Assembly (NCBI RefSeq): GCF_009914755.1
Contig: NC_060938.1
Source: the human T2T-CHM13v2.0 reference genome, Homo sapiens
Reading direction: 5' to 3' (one strand)
Length of the DNA: 64,000 nucleotides
Below are positions 11,692-25,555 of this stretch, one piece after another. Under the pieces are notes generated by a model, which did not search any database, was not told the DNA's origin, and saw only the letters and a list, made by a program, of their open reading frames with translations. How positions within the stretch are numbered: the stretch's first letter is position 1; the number at the start of each line of letters is the position of its first letter. Both the position numbers and the translations under genes were made by a program.

Positions 11692-12130
11692 GTCTTCTCA
11701 GAGACATGCAACTTCTATAATTCAGAAGCCAACATGTTCCTGGAGTAAAGACATATTGTAAATTGAGTGTAAATTAATTTATAAATATGTTACTTTTGTA
11801 TCAAAATCCTAATAACATTTATATAGAAACTTTGTAGAATAATTCTTAAGATTACCTGAAAGAAGAAATGGATGGGAATATATAAGCAAAATTTTGAAAA
11901 AGAAAAGCAGTGAAGTGAGAGTATATTATTAGATATTTAATGTATTATAAATTAAAAATAAATAATAGCTTGTTTCCATAGCAAGAATAATAAGTAAAAT
12001 GTAATACGAAACCCAGAAGCAGAGTTTAGTATGTATAAGACATTTGTATGTGATAAAAGTGTAATTACAATTCATAATTATTATTATTAACTCATCAATT
12101 ATTATTGAATGGGACGCCTGACTAGTGATT
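11435..12130 (+). mobile_element. Highly decayed L1M ORF2 fragment
   Basis: A-rich, with residual similarity to L1 ORF2 RT and post-RT sequence (GTAAAATTGTCCTTATTT...TTGAAAAGCCAAAAG). Confidence 0.45.
11647..11690 (+). repeat. (CA)22 microsatellite
   Basis: Perfect 44-bp CA run. Confidence 0.98.
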
Positions 12131-13011
12131 TTCAACCCTATAGTCATCAAAGTTCCTAGTTGCAGACAACAAAACACATTTTAATAAATTCCTTTCTGCC
12201 TAAAATCAGCTAAAGTTTTAGGTAGCCTTCAGAATCTCCAGGAGAGCTGGAAGAAAGGAACTGCCAACCTAGAATTCTTTACTCAGCAAAAGTATCCTTC
12301 AAAGAGAAGGTGGAATGAAGATATTTCCAGACAAAAACCGGGAGAATTGTTCACAAACAGGCTTTACTAAAAATAAAGTACCAGAGGAAGGTCTTTAGGT
12401 AAAAGCAAAATGATTCCAGACAGAAACACAGAAGCATAGGAATAAATGAAGAGTGATTGAAGAGGGAAATGGAACAAATATAAATGAATGTTTGCTATAT
12501 AAACAAAAAAAGGGCTCATAAGGTTTAAAATGTATGTACAATGAAAATAATAATTAAAAAGGTGGTGGTGGGTTAAATGGAGTTAAAGTATGCTAAGGAC
12601 ATAACATTGTCTGGGGAGTAATAAAAGAATTAGTTTCTACTCTAAAAAAATCAAGAATGCATGCTGTCAAGGAGGGTAACAACTAAAAGAATAGTAAAAT
12701 AATATATAATTAACAAGCTAATAGAGGGGAAAACGGAACAACAATATATGTAATTCATTAAAGACAAGAAGAAGAGAAAAAGTAACATAAAACAAGTTGA
12801 AGAAATGGTTAAGTAAAACAGGAAAACAAACAAGTTGGTAAATATAAGCCCAAATTTATCTGTAAGTACATTCAATATTAATAGACTAAATATCCAATTT
12901 AAAAAGAAAAGTTACCAAACCATATTAAAAATGAATTCTGCCCAATTATATTATACTTAGAAGAGATACATCTTGAATGTAAATACAAAGGAGGATTGAA
13001 AGTTAAAAGAA

Positions 13012-13348
<337 letters not shown>

Positions 13349-14919
13349 TTATTCTGATATCGACCAAAAACAAACATTACTATAAATGAAAAAAAGACAT
13401 TTTAAAATGATAAATGGTCAAAGAACCCCAAAATAAAGCAATTACAAAATTGTGTGCATCTAATAACCTAGGTTTCAAATACAGAAAGCAAATTTTTTAG
13501 AACTAAATGAGAAATGGAATCATAGTGAGAAACTCCAAAATTATAGTGAGAAACTCCAAAACAAGTCCATCAGTAATTGACAGAACTAAAAGATGAACCT
13601 CACAAAACTCTAAGTATATAGAAGATTTATTAATATGATTAATGAAACTAACAAAATCAATGTTATCCACAGATAGAATACTGTAACCAGCAACTGCAGA
13701 GCATGGAACATCATCAATATTGCACATATGCAGAACCATATAGCATTTCTTGACACATTTTACAAGATAAAAATTGTACAGATATGTTCTTAGGCCTCAG
13801 TGCAGTTAAGCTAAATAACAACAGAGCGATAACAATAAAATGCCCAAAGGTTTGGAAATACACTACTAATTACACAAAGGTCAAAGAGGACAGTACAATG
13901 AAAACTAGACAATATTTTCAGCTGAATGATAATGAAAATACGATACAGCACAACTTATTGTAGAATATAACTAAAACCATGCAGAAAGGAAAATTTTTAG
14001 CCTTAAAATGCTTATATTATTTCACTGAAAAAGTCATGATCAAAGTGTCATTTTAAAGAAATTAGAAATGCTACAGAAAATTGGGCCCAGAGAATGTAAA
14101 AAAAAAAAAAGGAAAAAATGAAGATGAAAACAGAAATTAAAGGAGTAAAAAACAAACATACAATAGAATAAAAAATGCCAAATTTGGTTATTTGGAAAGA
14201 TTAACAAATTGATAAGCTTCTAGCAAGACTGATTGGGGAAAGAAAAAGAGTGAAGGCACAAAATTACTAATATCAGAAATGAAAAAGGAGACATCACTGC
14301 AGATTCTACAAAATTAGTAAGAAAATAGGAGGATATTACAAAGAACTTTATGTGAATAATTTTGAAGAGGTAGATAAAATGGACAAAGTGCTAGAAAATA
14401 AAAGCTTAGCAAGAATAATACAACAAGATATGGAAAATCTGAGTAGTCTTATAACCATTAAAATAAGTTGAATATCTTCCCAAATGGAAATCGCTAAGCC
14501 TAGATGCTCAAACCTTCATTTAAAAAAGCATCATTCTTAAATTATCCCAGAGAGTAGAAAAAGAGTAATTCTGCTTAACGTGTTTTATAAAGCCAACATA
14601 ACCTTCATACCCAAACGTAACAAAGACATTGTAAGAAAGTATACTCAATCTTTCTGTGAACTAAGATGCAAAAATTCTAAATAAAACATTTGCAAATTAA
14701 ATCTATTGATTTATAAAACAATATATATATATCTCAATCAAGTTACTTTTACACCAAAGTTGCTTTAATATTAAGGTAACTTATAACATGAAAGAATAAA
14801 GAAAAAATATGATTATCTTAGAAGATACAGAACAAACACTTGACAAGATCCAATGATTATTAAGAAAACTTAGGAATAGAGGTAACTTCTTTAATCTGAA
14901 AATATATGTCTTCAGAAAA

Positions 14920-15085
14920 CAAAAAATTAGCTGGGTGTGGTGGCGCATGCCTATGGTCCCAGCTACTCAGGAGGCTGAGGCAGGAGAATCACTTGAACTT
15001 GGGAGGTGGGGGCTGCAGTCAGCTGAGATTGCGCCACTGCACTCCAGCCTGGGTGATAGAGCAAGACTCCATCTCAAAAAAACAA
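14920..15085 (+). mobile_element. 5'-truncated Alu (right monomer)
   Basis: Starts at the linker AAAAATTAGCTGGG and runs to GACTCCATCTCAAAA. Confidence 0.9.
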
Positions 15086-15515
15086 AACCCTATAGCAGCT
15101 TCATACATATTGGTGAAATACTGAAAGCTTTCTCTTTGACATCAGGAATGAGACAGCCTGCTTTTCATCACTGCTATTCAACACTTTCTGGGAATCCTAG
15201 ACAGAGAAAAAGGCAAATAAAAGAAATAAAAGTTATAAAAATTAAAAATAAATAAACATAAATCTTTTGTTATTTGCAGGTGGCATGATTATGTGTGTAG
15301 AAAATCCAAACAAATCTGCAGAAAAGCTAAGAATTAATGAGTGAATCTAGAAAGGATCTTACGTATGATGTCAATATAAAACAGCAGTAAACAATTCGAA
15401 AATAAAATTTTAAAAATATCACAATATCATCAAAAACATTAAATAACTAGGAGAAAAATCTAGCAAAAGATGTGTAAGACTTCTCTATAAAACTTTATAA
15501 AAACTGTAAAACTAA

Positions 15516-15886
<371 letters not shown>

Positions 15887-15977
15887 TAAATTCTTCCAAA
15901 TTTATCTATGTAGATTCAGTGTGGTTTCAAATAAAGTTGCAGTAGACAGTATTTATAACAAAAGTAGGTGACGTGGT

Positions 15978-16185
15978 GTGTGAGGGATGGAGATGGCCAC
16001 CCAGGGAAGACTTGCTGCCTAGATGCAAGGACTTATTAGCTACTTCAGGAGCTGTCTCAGCTGCATAGAGCTGCCTTACCTGGGATCATACATTCCCAGG
16101 GCAGCCCACATGCAATGACGGAATGAGGTGAGATATAAACTCCTGGCCATTTTGGCACAATATGGGAGAATTCTGACAGCATTCA
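15978..16185 (+). mobile_element. LTR16A-like 5' fragment
   Basis: TGTGAGGGATGGAGATG...GACTTGCTGCC...CCAGGGCAGCCCACAT.CAATGAC...TATAAA..CCTGGCCATTT. Confidence 0.6.
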
Positions 16186-16266
16186 ACAGTCAGGTTCTGG
16201 GAGAGGATTGAAATTGGGAAGGGGCACATGGAGGAGCTCCAGTACTGGCAGGCAAAGTTCTATTTC

Positions 16267-16872
16267 TTTTTTTTTTTTCCCACTCTTCATAAACATAATT
16301 TTAATTGCAACATAGCAATCTATTCTAAAAATTCCCTCCCTCCTTCCCTGCATCCCTCCCTCCCTCCCTCCCTTCCTTCCTTCCTTCCTTCCTTCTTTCC
16401 TTCCTTCCTTCCTTCCTTCCAATAATTTCAATCTTTATTTTAGATTCAGGGGATACATGTGCAGGTTTGTTAACTGGGTACATTGCATTATGCTGAGGTT
16501 TGGGGTACAGTTGATCCTGTCACCCAGGTAGTAAGCACACTGCCCAACAGTTAGTTTTTCAACGCTTGTCCCCTTTCTTCCCTCCCCACCCAGTAGTTCC
16601 CAGTATGTATTGTTGCCATGTTTCTGTAAGTGAGAACATGTGGTATTTGGTCTTCTGTTCCTCTGTTAATTTGCTTGGGATAATGGCCTCCAGCTGCATC
16701 CATGTTGCTACAAAGGACATGATTTCATTCCTTTCGTGGTTGCATAGTATTCCATGATGTATACGTACCACGTGTTCTTTATCCAATCCACTGTTGATGG
16801 GCAGCTAGGTTGAGTCCATGTCTTTGCTATTGTGAATAGTGCTGCAATGAACATATGAGTGCATGTGTTGTT
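16267..16872 (-). mobile_element. L1PA15/16-like 3' fragment with apparent 3' transduction
   Basis: L1 3' end at 16421-16872, (TTCC/TCCC)n at 16332-16420, a non-L1 53-bp tract at 16279-16331 and T12. All lie inside a 14-bp TSD AAGTTC(T/C)ATTTCTT at 16255-16268 and 16873-16886. Confidence 0.85.
16332..16420 (+). repeat. (TCCC)n-(TTCC)n compound microsatellite
   Basis: 11 TTCC units (5+6, one TTCT interruption) at 16373-16420, preceded by TCCC units. Confidence 0.95.
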
Positions 16873-17409
16873 AAGTTCCATTTCTTGACGTAGGTGGTGT
16901 TTGACTCATAATAATTCATTAAGCTATGCATTTGCCTTGTGATATTTTCTGCATCTATGTTTTACTTTATAATAAGTACCTCATATCATATGGAAATGTC
17001 AATTCCAGGTTGATTATAGATATAAATGTGAAAATTAAACGTCTGCAAGAAGAAATAAAACTTCTAGAAGAAAACAAAGAAGAATATCTTCATGACCTTG
17101 AGAGTGCAAGCATTTAAAAAACAGGACTTAAAAAGCACTAACTCTAAAGGAAAAGATAGATAAATATGACTAAGTTAAAATTAAGAACTTTTGTTCAGCA
17201 GAAGGCAACATAAAGAGGCTGAAAAAGCAAGCCGGAGAGTGGGAGAAGATATTTGCAAAATATTAATACATACCCTCCAAAAAACTCAAATCCAAAATAT
17301 ATAAAGAACTCATCCAAACTGATGAAAAAGTAACCCAATAGAAAAATGGGCAAAAGACTTGAGCAGGCACTTCATAAAAGAGGATATCTAAATGGCTAAT
17401 AAACATGTG

Positions 17410-17540
17410 CAGTCTCCAGCCTGCTGGCCGACCCTGCAGAATTTGGATTTGCCAGCCTCCACTATCATGCAAGCCAATTCCTCAAATCTCTCTCTATATA
17501 CACATCCTATTGGTTCTGTTTTTGTGGAAAACCCTAATAC
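17410..17540 (+). mobile_element. MLT2 (ERVL) LTR 3' fragment
   Basis: GTCTCCAGCCTGCTGGCC.ACCCTGCAGA.TTTGGA.TTGCCAGCCTCCAC...CATCCTATTGGTTCTGTTT...AACCCTAATACA. Confidence 0.75.
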
Positions 17541-17701
17541 AACATACAATGTGTAATTATTTAGTACATCATTAAGAACAAAAGCCTTTAGAGGTGGCAA
17601 CTATATACTGTTTCTTGAATGTGTTAGCCTCCCCCTCCTACCTATACCCAGCATATAGCATATGCCAGGTTTTCACTAACTACCTATAAAATTGATGATT
17701 A

Positions 17702-18000
17702 GGCCAACTGCAGTGGCTCACGCCTGTAATCCCAGCACTTTGGGAGGCCGAGGCAGGTGGAACACTTGAGGTCAGGAGTTCGAGACCAGCCTGGCCAACA
17801 TGGTGAAACCCCGTCTCTACTAAAAATACAAAAATTAGGCAGTGTGGTGGTGCACGCCTGTAATCCCAGCTACTTGGAGGCTGAGGCAGGAGAATTGCTT
17901 GAACCCAGGAGGCGGAGGTTGCAGTGAGCTGAGATAGCGCCATTGCACTCCAGCTTGGGCGACAGAGCAAGACTCCATCTAAAAAATATAAATAAATAAA
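17702..18000 (+). mobile_element. AluSx-like
   Basis: Full dimer with a (TAAA)n tail, flanked by ATAAAATT. Confidence 0.95.
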
Positions 18001-19039
18001 ATTCACAAATGAATGCTACAGAGGGGGGTCTTAAAGGAAAAGGCTTTCATATAATTTAGGGAGTGTTACACATATAAAGTTGACTCAAAACTTGGGAATG
18101 GTTTTTATTTAATTTTTCTTTCTGATTTGTTACTAAACACATAAACAGAAGGCCTGGGGCTTTCTAGAGATTATAACAACTGGAAGCAGAGGAAACTTCG
18201 TTCATTAGTTGGGATATAGGCAGAGAATGTGTGCTTTCCAGATTTGGCATTGGAAAAATAACACTTAGGAAATAGGAAAGTGGTTCTGTGTGATCACCAG
18301 CCATGAGGGCCTTGAAAGGTGCTCTCAAACAGCAACACAAATAATATGTGGATATCTTTCTGTCTGTCTCAATCAATCAATCAATCAATTTAATCTATCA
18401 TAGTTTTAAGTGACCAGGAGCAAAAGATGGGAAACCCAGAGGGACAGGAGAAAAAACTGAAACCAAAACAAAAACACCATGTTTGCTCTACATTTCCAAT
18501 TTGAATTAAAATAAATGGAGTTTAAAGCATTTTACAAAGGATCAAAGTGATCAGATCATGAATTAGAAGAAATAAAAATGAAGTTTAGAAGTGACAGATG
18601 GGAACCTGGCCTGGAAAGCAAGCTGAAGCTTTCTGCCAGTGAAGAGGTTCAGAGGAAACGATCAAAACATTGTGAACACTGAAAGCTTTTGCCACAGTGA
18701 GAAGAGAGAATGCCCCAGAAACTCGAGGCCATCCAAAAAAAACGACTTATTGTCTATAAAATAATATCTGAAGTGTCCTTTTTCCCTCCTCTGGCCGAAA
18801 GCTACCCCCCTTTCTCTTACTCATCTCATCTTACAAGTCAAATTGCTCTTACCTGTGATTGGCCGAGGGAGGTGATGATGCCTTCAAATTGAATACATTT
18901 GGTGTATTCTCTAGTGATGGCTTCTATGACTCCAGCAAAGGCTGCTCTGATGCTAGAGGCTGGGAACTTTTGTCGGGAGAAACAACTGAGAAGGAAGAGA
19001 ACCAACTATCCTAAAAAGTAGTCAGTGAGCTGATACTAT

Positions 19040-19545
19040 ATTCTTGGCATCACTTATAGGTTCCAGGGATGAATCAATGACCCAGACGAAGTTTCTGTAT
19101 TCATAAAGCCTGAATTATATTGGGAAGAAACAGACAATAAACACATATAAAAATATAAAATAATTTCAGGTAGTGACAAATGCTAAGACACAGAGGAACT
19201 GGGGGGTGCTGTTTATCGGGATTAGGTGGGGAAGCCCTGACGTTAAAGTTGAGACTGAATGATTAGAAGGAGGCAGCACATCAAGCTCTCCATGAGTAGA
19301 ATTCCAGACAGAGGGGATAACATCAGGAACAAATACATGTGTTTAAGGGACAAAAAGAAAGGCAGGTGTCAGGAGCATGGTGAGTGAGGGGAGATGGCAA
19401 GAGATGAAGTTGGAGAGGGATGCAGAGGTCAAATCACATGGGGCTTTAGGGACCAAGATAAAGAGTTCAGATTTTATTTTAATTGCCATGGAAAGCCATT
19501 GGCAGATTTTTCAGCAGGAGAGTGATAGGATCTGATTTATGCATT
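19040..19545 (-). mobile_element. L2 fragment
   Basis: AAACAGACAATAAACA...AGATTTTATTTTAATTGCCATGGAAAGCCATTGG...AGTGATAGGATCTGATTTATG. Confidence 0.7.
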
Positions 19546-19704
19546 CCATCCATTTTTGACCCTTTCACTTGAACTTTGGCTAGCAATTTTTTAGCCTGGC
19601 AGTGCCATTAGAGAGCCTCAAATTACTAGCTGTAAATCAAATTGATGGGAAGTGCTGTCATTCTTAGAAAAACGTTGAAGTCAACATAGCAAGAACCAAC
19701 TCAA

Positions 19705-20525
19705 TTTAAAAAAGAAGAGATTTTAACAGACTCTTCAGAAAAAGAAGATATATGCATGGCCAATAAGCATATAAAAAGATGCTCAACATTATTAGTCAGG
19801 AAAATGCAAATTAAACCAATGATGAGGTACTACCATACATACACTATAATGGCTAAAATTAAAGGCAGACAATATTGAGTGCTGACAAGGATGTGAAGTG
19901 AGGGAACTCTCACACATCACTGGTGGGAATGTAAAATGATTCAGCCACTTTGGAAATGGCTTGGCAATTTCTTATGAAGTTAAAATATTTACTTTTTTTG
20001 CCATATGATTCAGCAATCCACTGCTAGGCAAGTGAAATAAAAACATATGTCCATACAAAGATGTGTATACAAATATTCATAGTAACTATTCATAATAGCC
20101 AAAATCTGGAAGCAAAATCTGGAAACAATTGAAGTGTCCATCAGCAGGTAAATGGATAAATAAATTACAGTGTATTCATGCAGTGAAATACTATGAAGCG
20201 ATACAGAGGAGTGAACTACTGCTATAAACAGTACAAATGAATATAAAAATTTTTCTTAACAAAAGAAGATAGACACAAAAAGAGTATATAAAGCAGAACT
20301 CCACTTATATGGAAATCAATAAAAGGCAATGATTGATGGTAACAGAAGGCAGATGAGTGGTTGCCTAGGGGTTGGGGGTGGGACTGTAGAGGACTTGAGG
20401 AAACTTTTTGGAATGATGGGAATGTTATATATCTTGACTGTGGTGACGACTACATGGATGTATACATTTATCTAAACTTATCAAACTGTGCACTCAAAAG
20501 AAGTGTATTTTATTGTTTGCGAATC
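19705..20525 (+). mobile_element. L1MB/ME 3' region
   Basis: ATGGCCAATAAGCATATAAAAAGATGCTCAACA...GGAAAATGCAAATTAAA...GTGGTTGCCTAGGGG...TATCTTGACTGTGGTG. Confidence 0.8.
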
Positions 20526-22753
20526 TAAAAACATAGCAGGAAATACTTTCTGTATATTCTCATTAGGGAGCTGTTACCTCTTAAAAAAAATCATGTAACC
20601 TGTCTCTGTCAGCCTTGACCCAGTGAGGAGGTGAAGACCCTGGCTTAGTCAATATGGAGACACGACTTTCTTCCTTCCTTCCTCCCCTTTCCTACTTCCA
20701 ACTCATTCCCTAGGGCATCCTCTGTCCTCTGCTCTGACCTCTGAATCTTAGGTCACAGAATTTCCTGCCTTGGTTGTATAATTCACATCCTTAGACTTTA
20801 TTAGAGTGGCCCGTCATCTTCCAGGAGCTGTGGATCTAGTTGGTGTAATCAGTATTTCTTTTGGGAAAATTGGCTAATTCATCCTCTTACACCCTTTTGA
20901 TTGGACCACTTTGTATCAGGTTATTTTCGAAGACTTTCAGTACTAATCTTTTCTCATTTTTGATCTAGTTCTTGCATTTTCCTGGAACTATTCAGCTTAC
21001 TATAATTCTCTGTATTACTCATTCCTTCCTTACACTGATAGAAATATGTGAGTATACTTTACAGACAGATATATCCTTCATAGAGGCAACAGAATACCCA
21101 TAGATGCCAACAGTTACATGTGCTACTGCAGAATAATGAAGAGAAGACTTTTCTTTATGAGCACCCTAACTGTGAGGTGCCTAAAATTGGGTCTACCACT
21201 TGAGTAAGTGGCTGAGTTAAATATTTTGACTTGAATTTCATAACTTGTCACAGTGATCCCATTGGCAGTAGAGTGGTAGGTTGCCAAGAAGGCAATTAAT
21301 TATCTCTCTGCCGCCCTGTGTATTAAATTTTGTTCCCTCTCCCTAAAGAGAGGTGATGCTATGGCTTACAACTACTGTGCTCTTGCAGAGCTCTCCACAC
21401 CAATTAGAAGGGTTCTGTGTTATGACAGTCTTTTATAAGATGTTATGACACTCTTTGATAGAAAGCCGTTGTCCCATTGAAGCAGAAACTTCATCAAAAG
21501 CACTAAGAATCGAGGGTGTGCTCTAGATACCCCGAATGGGAGGGGACTCTGTGCTCACTGGGTCCATCAAACAAAGCGCCTCCCACATAGGTCTTTCCAT
21601 GTGATCCAGCTATTTCCCTACATTTATCTCCTAGCCCCACCCTTATTTAAGCACACAGTTGGAGGAAGGTCTGTAATATTGCATTTAACTCGCTACTGGG
21701 AATGCTTTATTGTGTTTATTTAAAATTCTTAAAGCTCTCTTCTGTGAAAGGCAAACTTGCCCTTAGCACATGAGTGGGTAAAGGGTATGGGATTACTTCT
21801 TGATTAGAGTGATGCTTTTTCTTAGGAAAGGGTGAAAGTCTCTGCTATAAGCCATGTCATGACATTACTGGGAATCGTGGATTTTAACATCTCCAACTCT
21901 AATTTCCTTTAGGAAGCCTTGCCTGTGGTCTCACATCAAATTTTCCTATCTGGACAGTGAGAAGTTTAATCTCAGAGATGTGAGACCAAGTTGCTAATTA
22001 CTTAGCACCCGAAATTCTTAGATACTGTTATGTTTCCATTATCAGGGCCAAGAACTGAATAAATAACTCATTGCATTGGTTGTCTCAGTCTCATTTCTCC
22101 CTAACTTTCTTTAGCTTTAAGTACAGCCAATTCAAATAACAAATAATAAGCAAACAAAACATCATCAAACTGGAGATTCAAAACTTGCTAACTTTCTTAC
22201 CCCTGGACATTTTCAGATCAAGGGGTCTTAAACTGAGCACACGGAATCTCTCCTTAAGAAAGTGTAAAGTTTTATGGGAAGATGTGCAATTAATTCAACC
22301 ACTTGCAGTCCTAAATATATAGCTGGATACTTCTTAACCTTGGTGTATCTATTCTTAATCATATTTGTTGTATCTTTGAATCCAAAAAGGTTCTGGTTAG
22401 ACCAATAGTGAAGAATTACGTTGAATTAAGTAATAGTTTTCAGAAGTGGATAAGATGTTAATGTTAATGGTGCTATCCAATTGCTCATTTTCATCTTGGA
22501 AAGTTTCCCTATTTTTATTCAGAGGAATTACTCTGATATGTTTACCTATAGTCCTTCCCGATCCTGATATACTGTCTAGGACAGTATATATGTCTATGTT
22601 TTCCTGTTCATCAGTACGTAGCAGTCATTACTATGCTGGCAGGTGTTTTGTTTGTGTGTGTTTTGTTGTTGTTTGGTCTAATATTTGATATGTAGAAATG
22701 TATCATAAAAGGATGAGGCAATGGAATAGACCTCTCAGAAACAGAACTAAACT

Positions 22754-23285
<532 letters not shown>

Positions 23286-23914
23286 CTACATCTAAAAATA
23301 TTAATGTTCTGTAGCTCTAAGTTTTTATACATTCTACAATAGCTCTAAATGTTAAAAAAAAAATGCTTGTGTTTCTCAAAACCAGAAAGTGGCAGAAGTT
23401 GAGGATTATTGTGATAAAGTTAACAGCAATGAATTCTGAAGAGCATGCATTTGTTTTTAATCCTTACATGATTCTAAGATGGTGGTGCTTACCAACATAC
23501 TAGGGTCGAGGTAGGAAGAAGGGAAAGATACAAAAATGAACAAGATATTATTCCTGCCTTCTGGGAGCTTACAGGCTCAGACCTACCATCAACATGATAG
23601 AAATCTTGGACACTGGTGCATTTGTTTTACGCTCTATGAGCATCTCAACTTCAGTAGAGAATTGTTAATTTATTTGAAGTTGTTTTACATTTGTAATGGT
23701 ATAAAATATATTTTATAGGACTTTCTACTTGTATTTAGTTAGAAGTTTGTTCTTACTTTAATCTAGAATAATTGCTGTCATGTTTCCAGCTACTTTCCTT
23801 TAAAATTCCCCTTAATCATTATCTACCCTTGTTATCAAGAGCTAGTCAAACCAATCTCATAGTGTATGTGTTTGTGCGTGTGTTTATATATTTTTTCCCT
23901 CTTCATTTGTTTAC

Positions 23915-24322
23915 TCCATTAGTTGTGATACAGGCTAAATTGCTGTAACAGAGACCCAGAAATGCAGTAGCTCTGTCCTATGAGGTCATTTGAGGACTGG
24001 GCTGGTGAGTCAGCTCTGCTCTGTTGAACATGTGGCTTCCATTTTAGACATCCAGGGTAGCTGTGTTAATTATTGACATTTCTCAGCCAGAGGGAAGAGG
24101 GCAGAGGAGGTCCATGGCAAGGAGCTTTATTTATCATTAAGTAGGTGACTCAGCAGCTACACACAACACTTCTATTCACATTACGTTGGCCTGAACTTCA
24201 TGTTACTACTTCTAGCTGGAAGGGAGGCTGGGAAACGTACTGTCTAGATGGGCAGTGGGGGATTCTGTTACTTAAAGGAAAAAAAGAGAATGGGCACTGG
24301 CTGATAACTAGCAGTGTCTGCC
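23915..24322 (-). mobile_element. MLT1-type LTR
   Basis: TGCTGTAACAGAGACCC...AACATGTGGCTTCC...GGGAGGCTGGGAAACGTA...CAGTGTCTGCCA. Confidence 0.6.
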
Positions 24323-25389
24323 AGTCACTTACTCCTCAATCAGTATTAATTCACATGTGAATACCAGTCTCTCATTCGTTCATGTTCTCATTGGCAACAT
24401 AGGGATGTGACTGATAATTCCAGTAAGACAAGAATACAAGAATGTTACTGGTCCTTGGAATTAGTTTCTTATGTCTGTTTGTCTGTCTACCTACCTATCT
24501 ATCTACCTTATTCGTCCTGTGGGTACACAATTATCTGCAATTCTGCTGTATGAACCTCTTGGTTACGGGTAGGTTCATTTTTGCCAAAAAATCTGTATTT
24601 CATTGGGAAAGTTAACTGCATGCAAATGAATAACTAGGAGTTAACTAAGAGTAGAAATAATTATAAAACACTTGTCAAAAGTGAAGTGCCATAGCAATGC
24701 TAAAAAATGACACTAAGAAAAAACTGATTGTCGTGACTTCAAAGGAAGTGTGAGGTTGGAGTGTTTTGACGTGTATAGCATTTAAATGATCTAAATAGGT
24801 GTTTAGGTGCTCACATGAGAGACTGTTCTAGCTACTTAGGGGGAAATAAGAGTCTGTTCTATCCACTCAATGCTTAGATGTTTCCGTGAGAATTTTATCA
24901 TCTTTAAATATTATTTAAAAAGTAAAGATTGTGTTGTTCTTGGTTAAATTTATCTAAAGGAAAAACATTGCCTAACAAAAATAAGACATTCTTCTTAGAC
25001 TGCTTTGTTTCTAGAGCCTCTGCCTCTGATATAATCTGTTGCCTCTAGATCCATGTGTTGACCAGACATACAGGAGTTAGTGCTGTAAACCAGCAGTGAA
25101 CTCTTGTCAGAGATGGAACTTTGGGTTAGGCAACTTTCTTGTTTTAAAAACATGTCTTTATATATTTATTAGATATAGGAGGCCTCTCCAAAGGCAATAA
25201 TCTGGTTATTTGAATGTTAAATGAAAGAGAAAGGAAGAGATTATATTGCTTGTAAGTATCAATAGTTTAAAAATAAGAAAACATAAATAGTTTGTATAGG
25301 AAACCTTGGAGTGTTTGAGATATCCCAAAACTCAACACCATCTACACTCACGAATGCTTTGGTTTAAAATATTTATTCTGGTGTGTTAT

Positions 25390-25555
25390 TTAGCACAGTG
25401 GTAAAACCTCTGGCTCTGGGCTCAGTTAGAGTTGAGTTCAAATCTATCCTGTGATCTTGAGCCACCAAGATCTTCTTTCTCCATACCTGAGTTTCTTTAC
25501 TGGTAAAATGGGTACTGGAGTAATAATAGTACATTATAGCGTTTTCTTTCTTTCT

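Larger units (their letters stand above)
16186..16975 (+). mobile_element. L1MC4/5-like 3' end, split by a younger L1PA insertion
   Basis: GGGAAGGGGCACATGGAGG...GGCAAAGTTCTATTTCTT resumes after the insertion as GAC.TAGGTGGTG...ATAATTCATTAAGCTAT. Confidence 0.6.

Noticed and set aside
22446-22688. 80-aa hydrophobic ORF in unique sequence
   Set aside because: No recognisable homology or promoter; the hydrophobicity follows from T-rich composition and the length is expected by chance.
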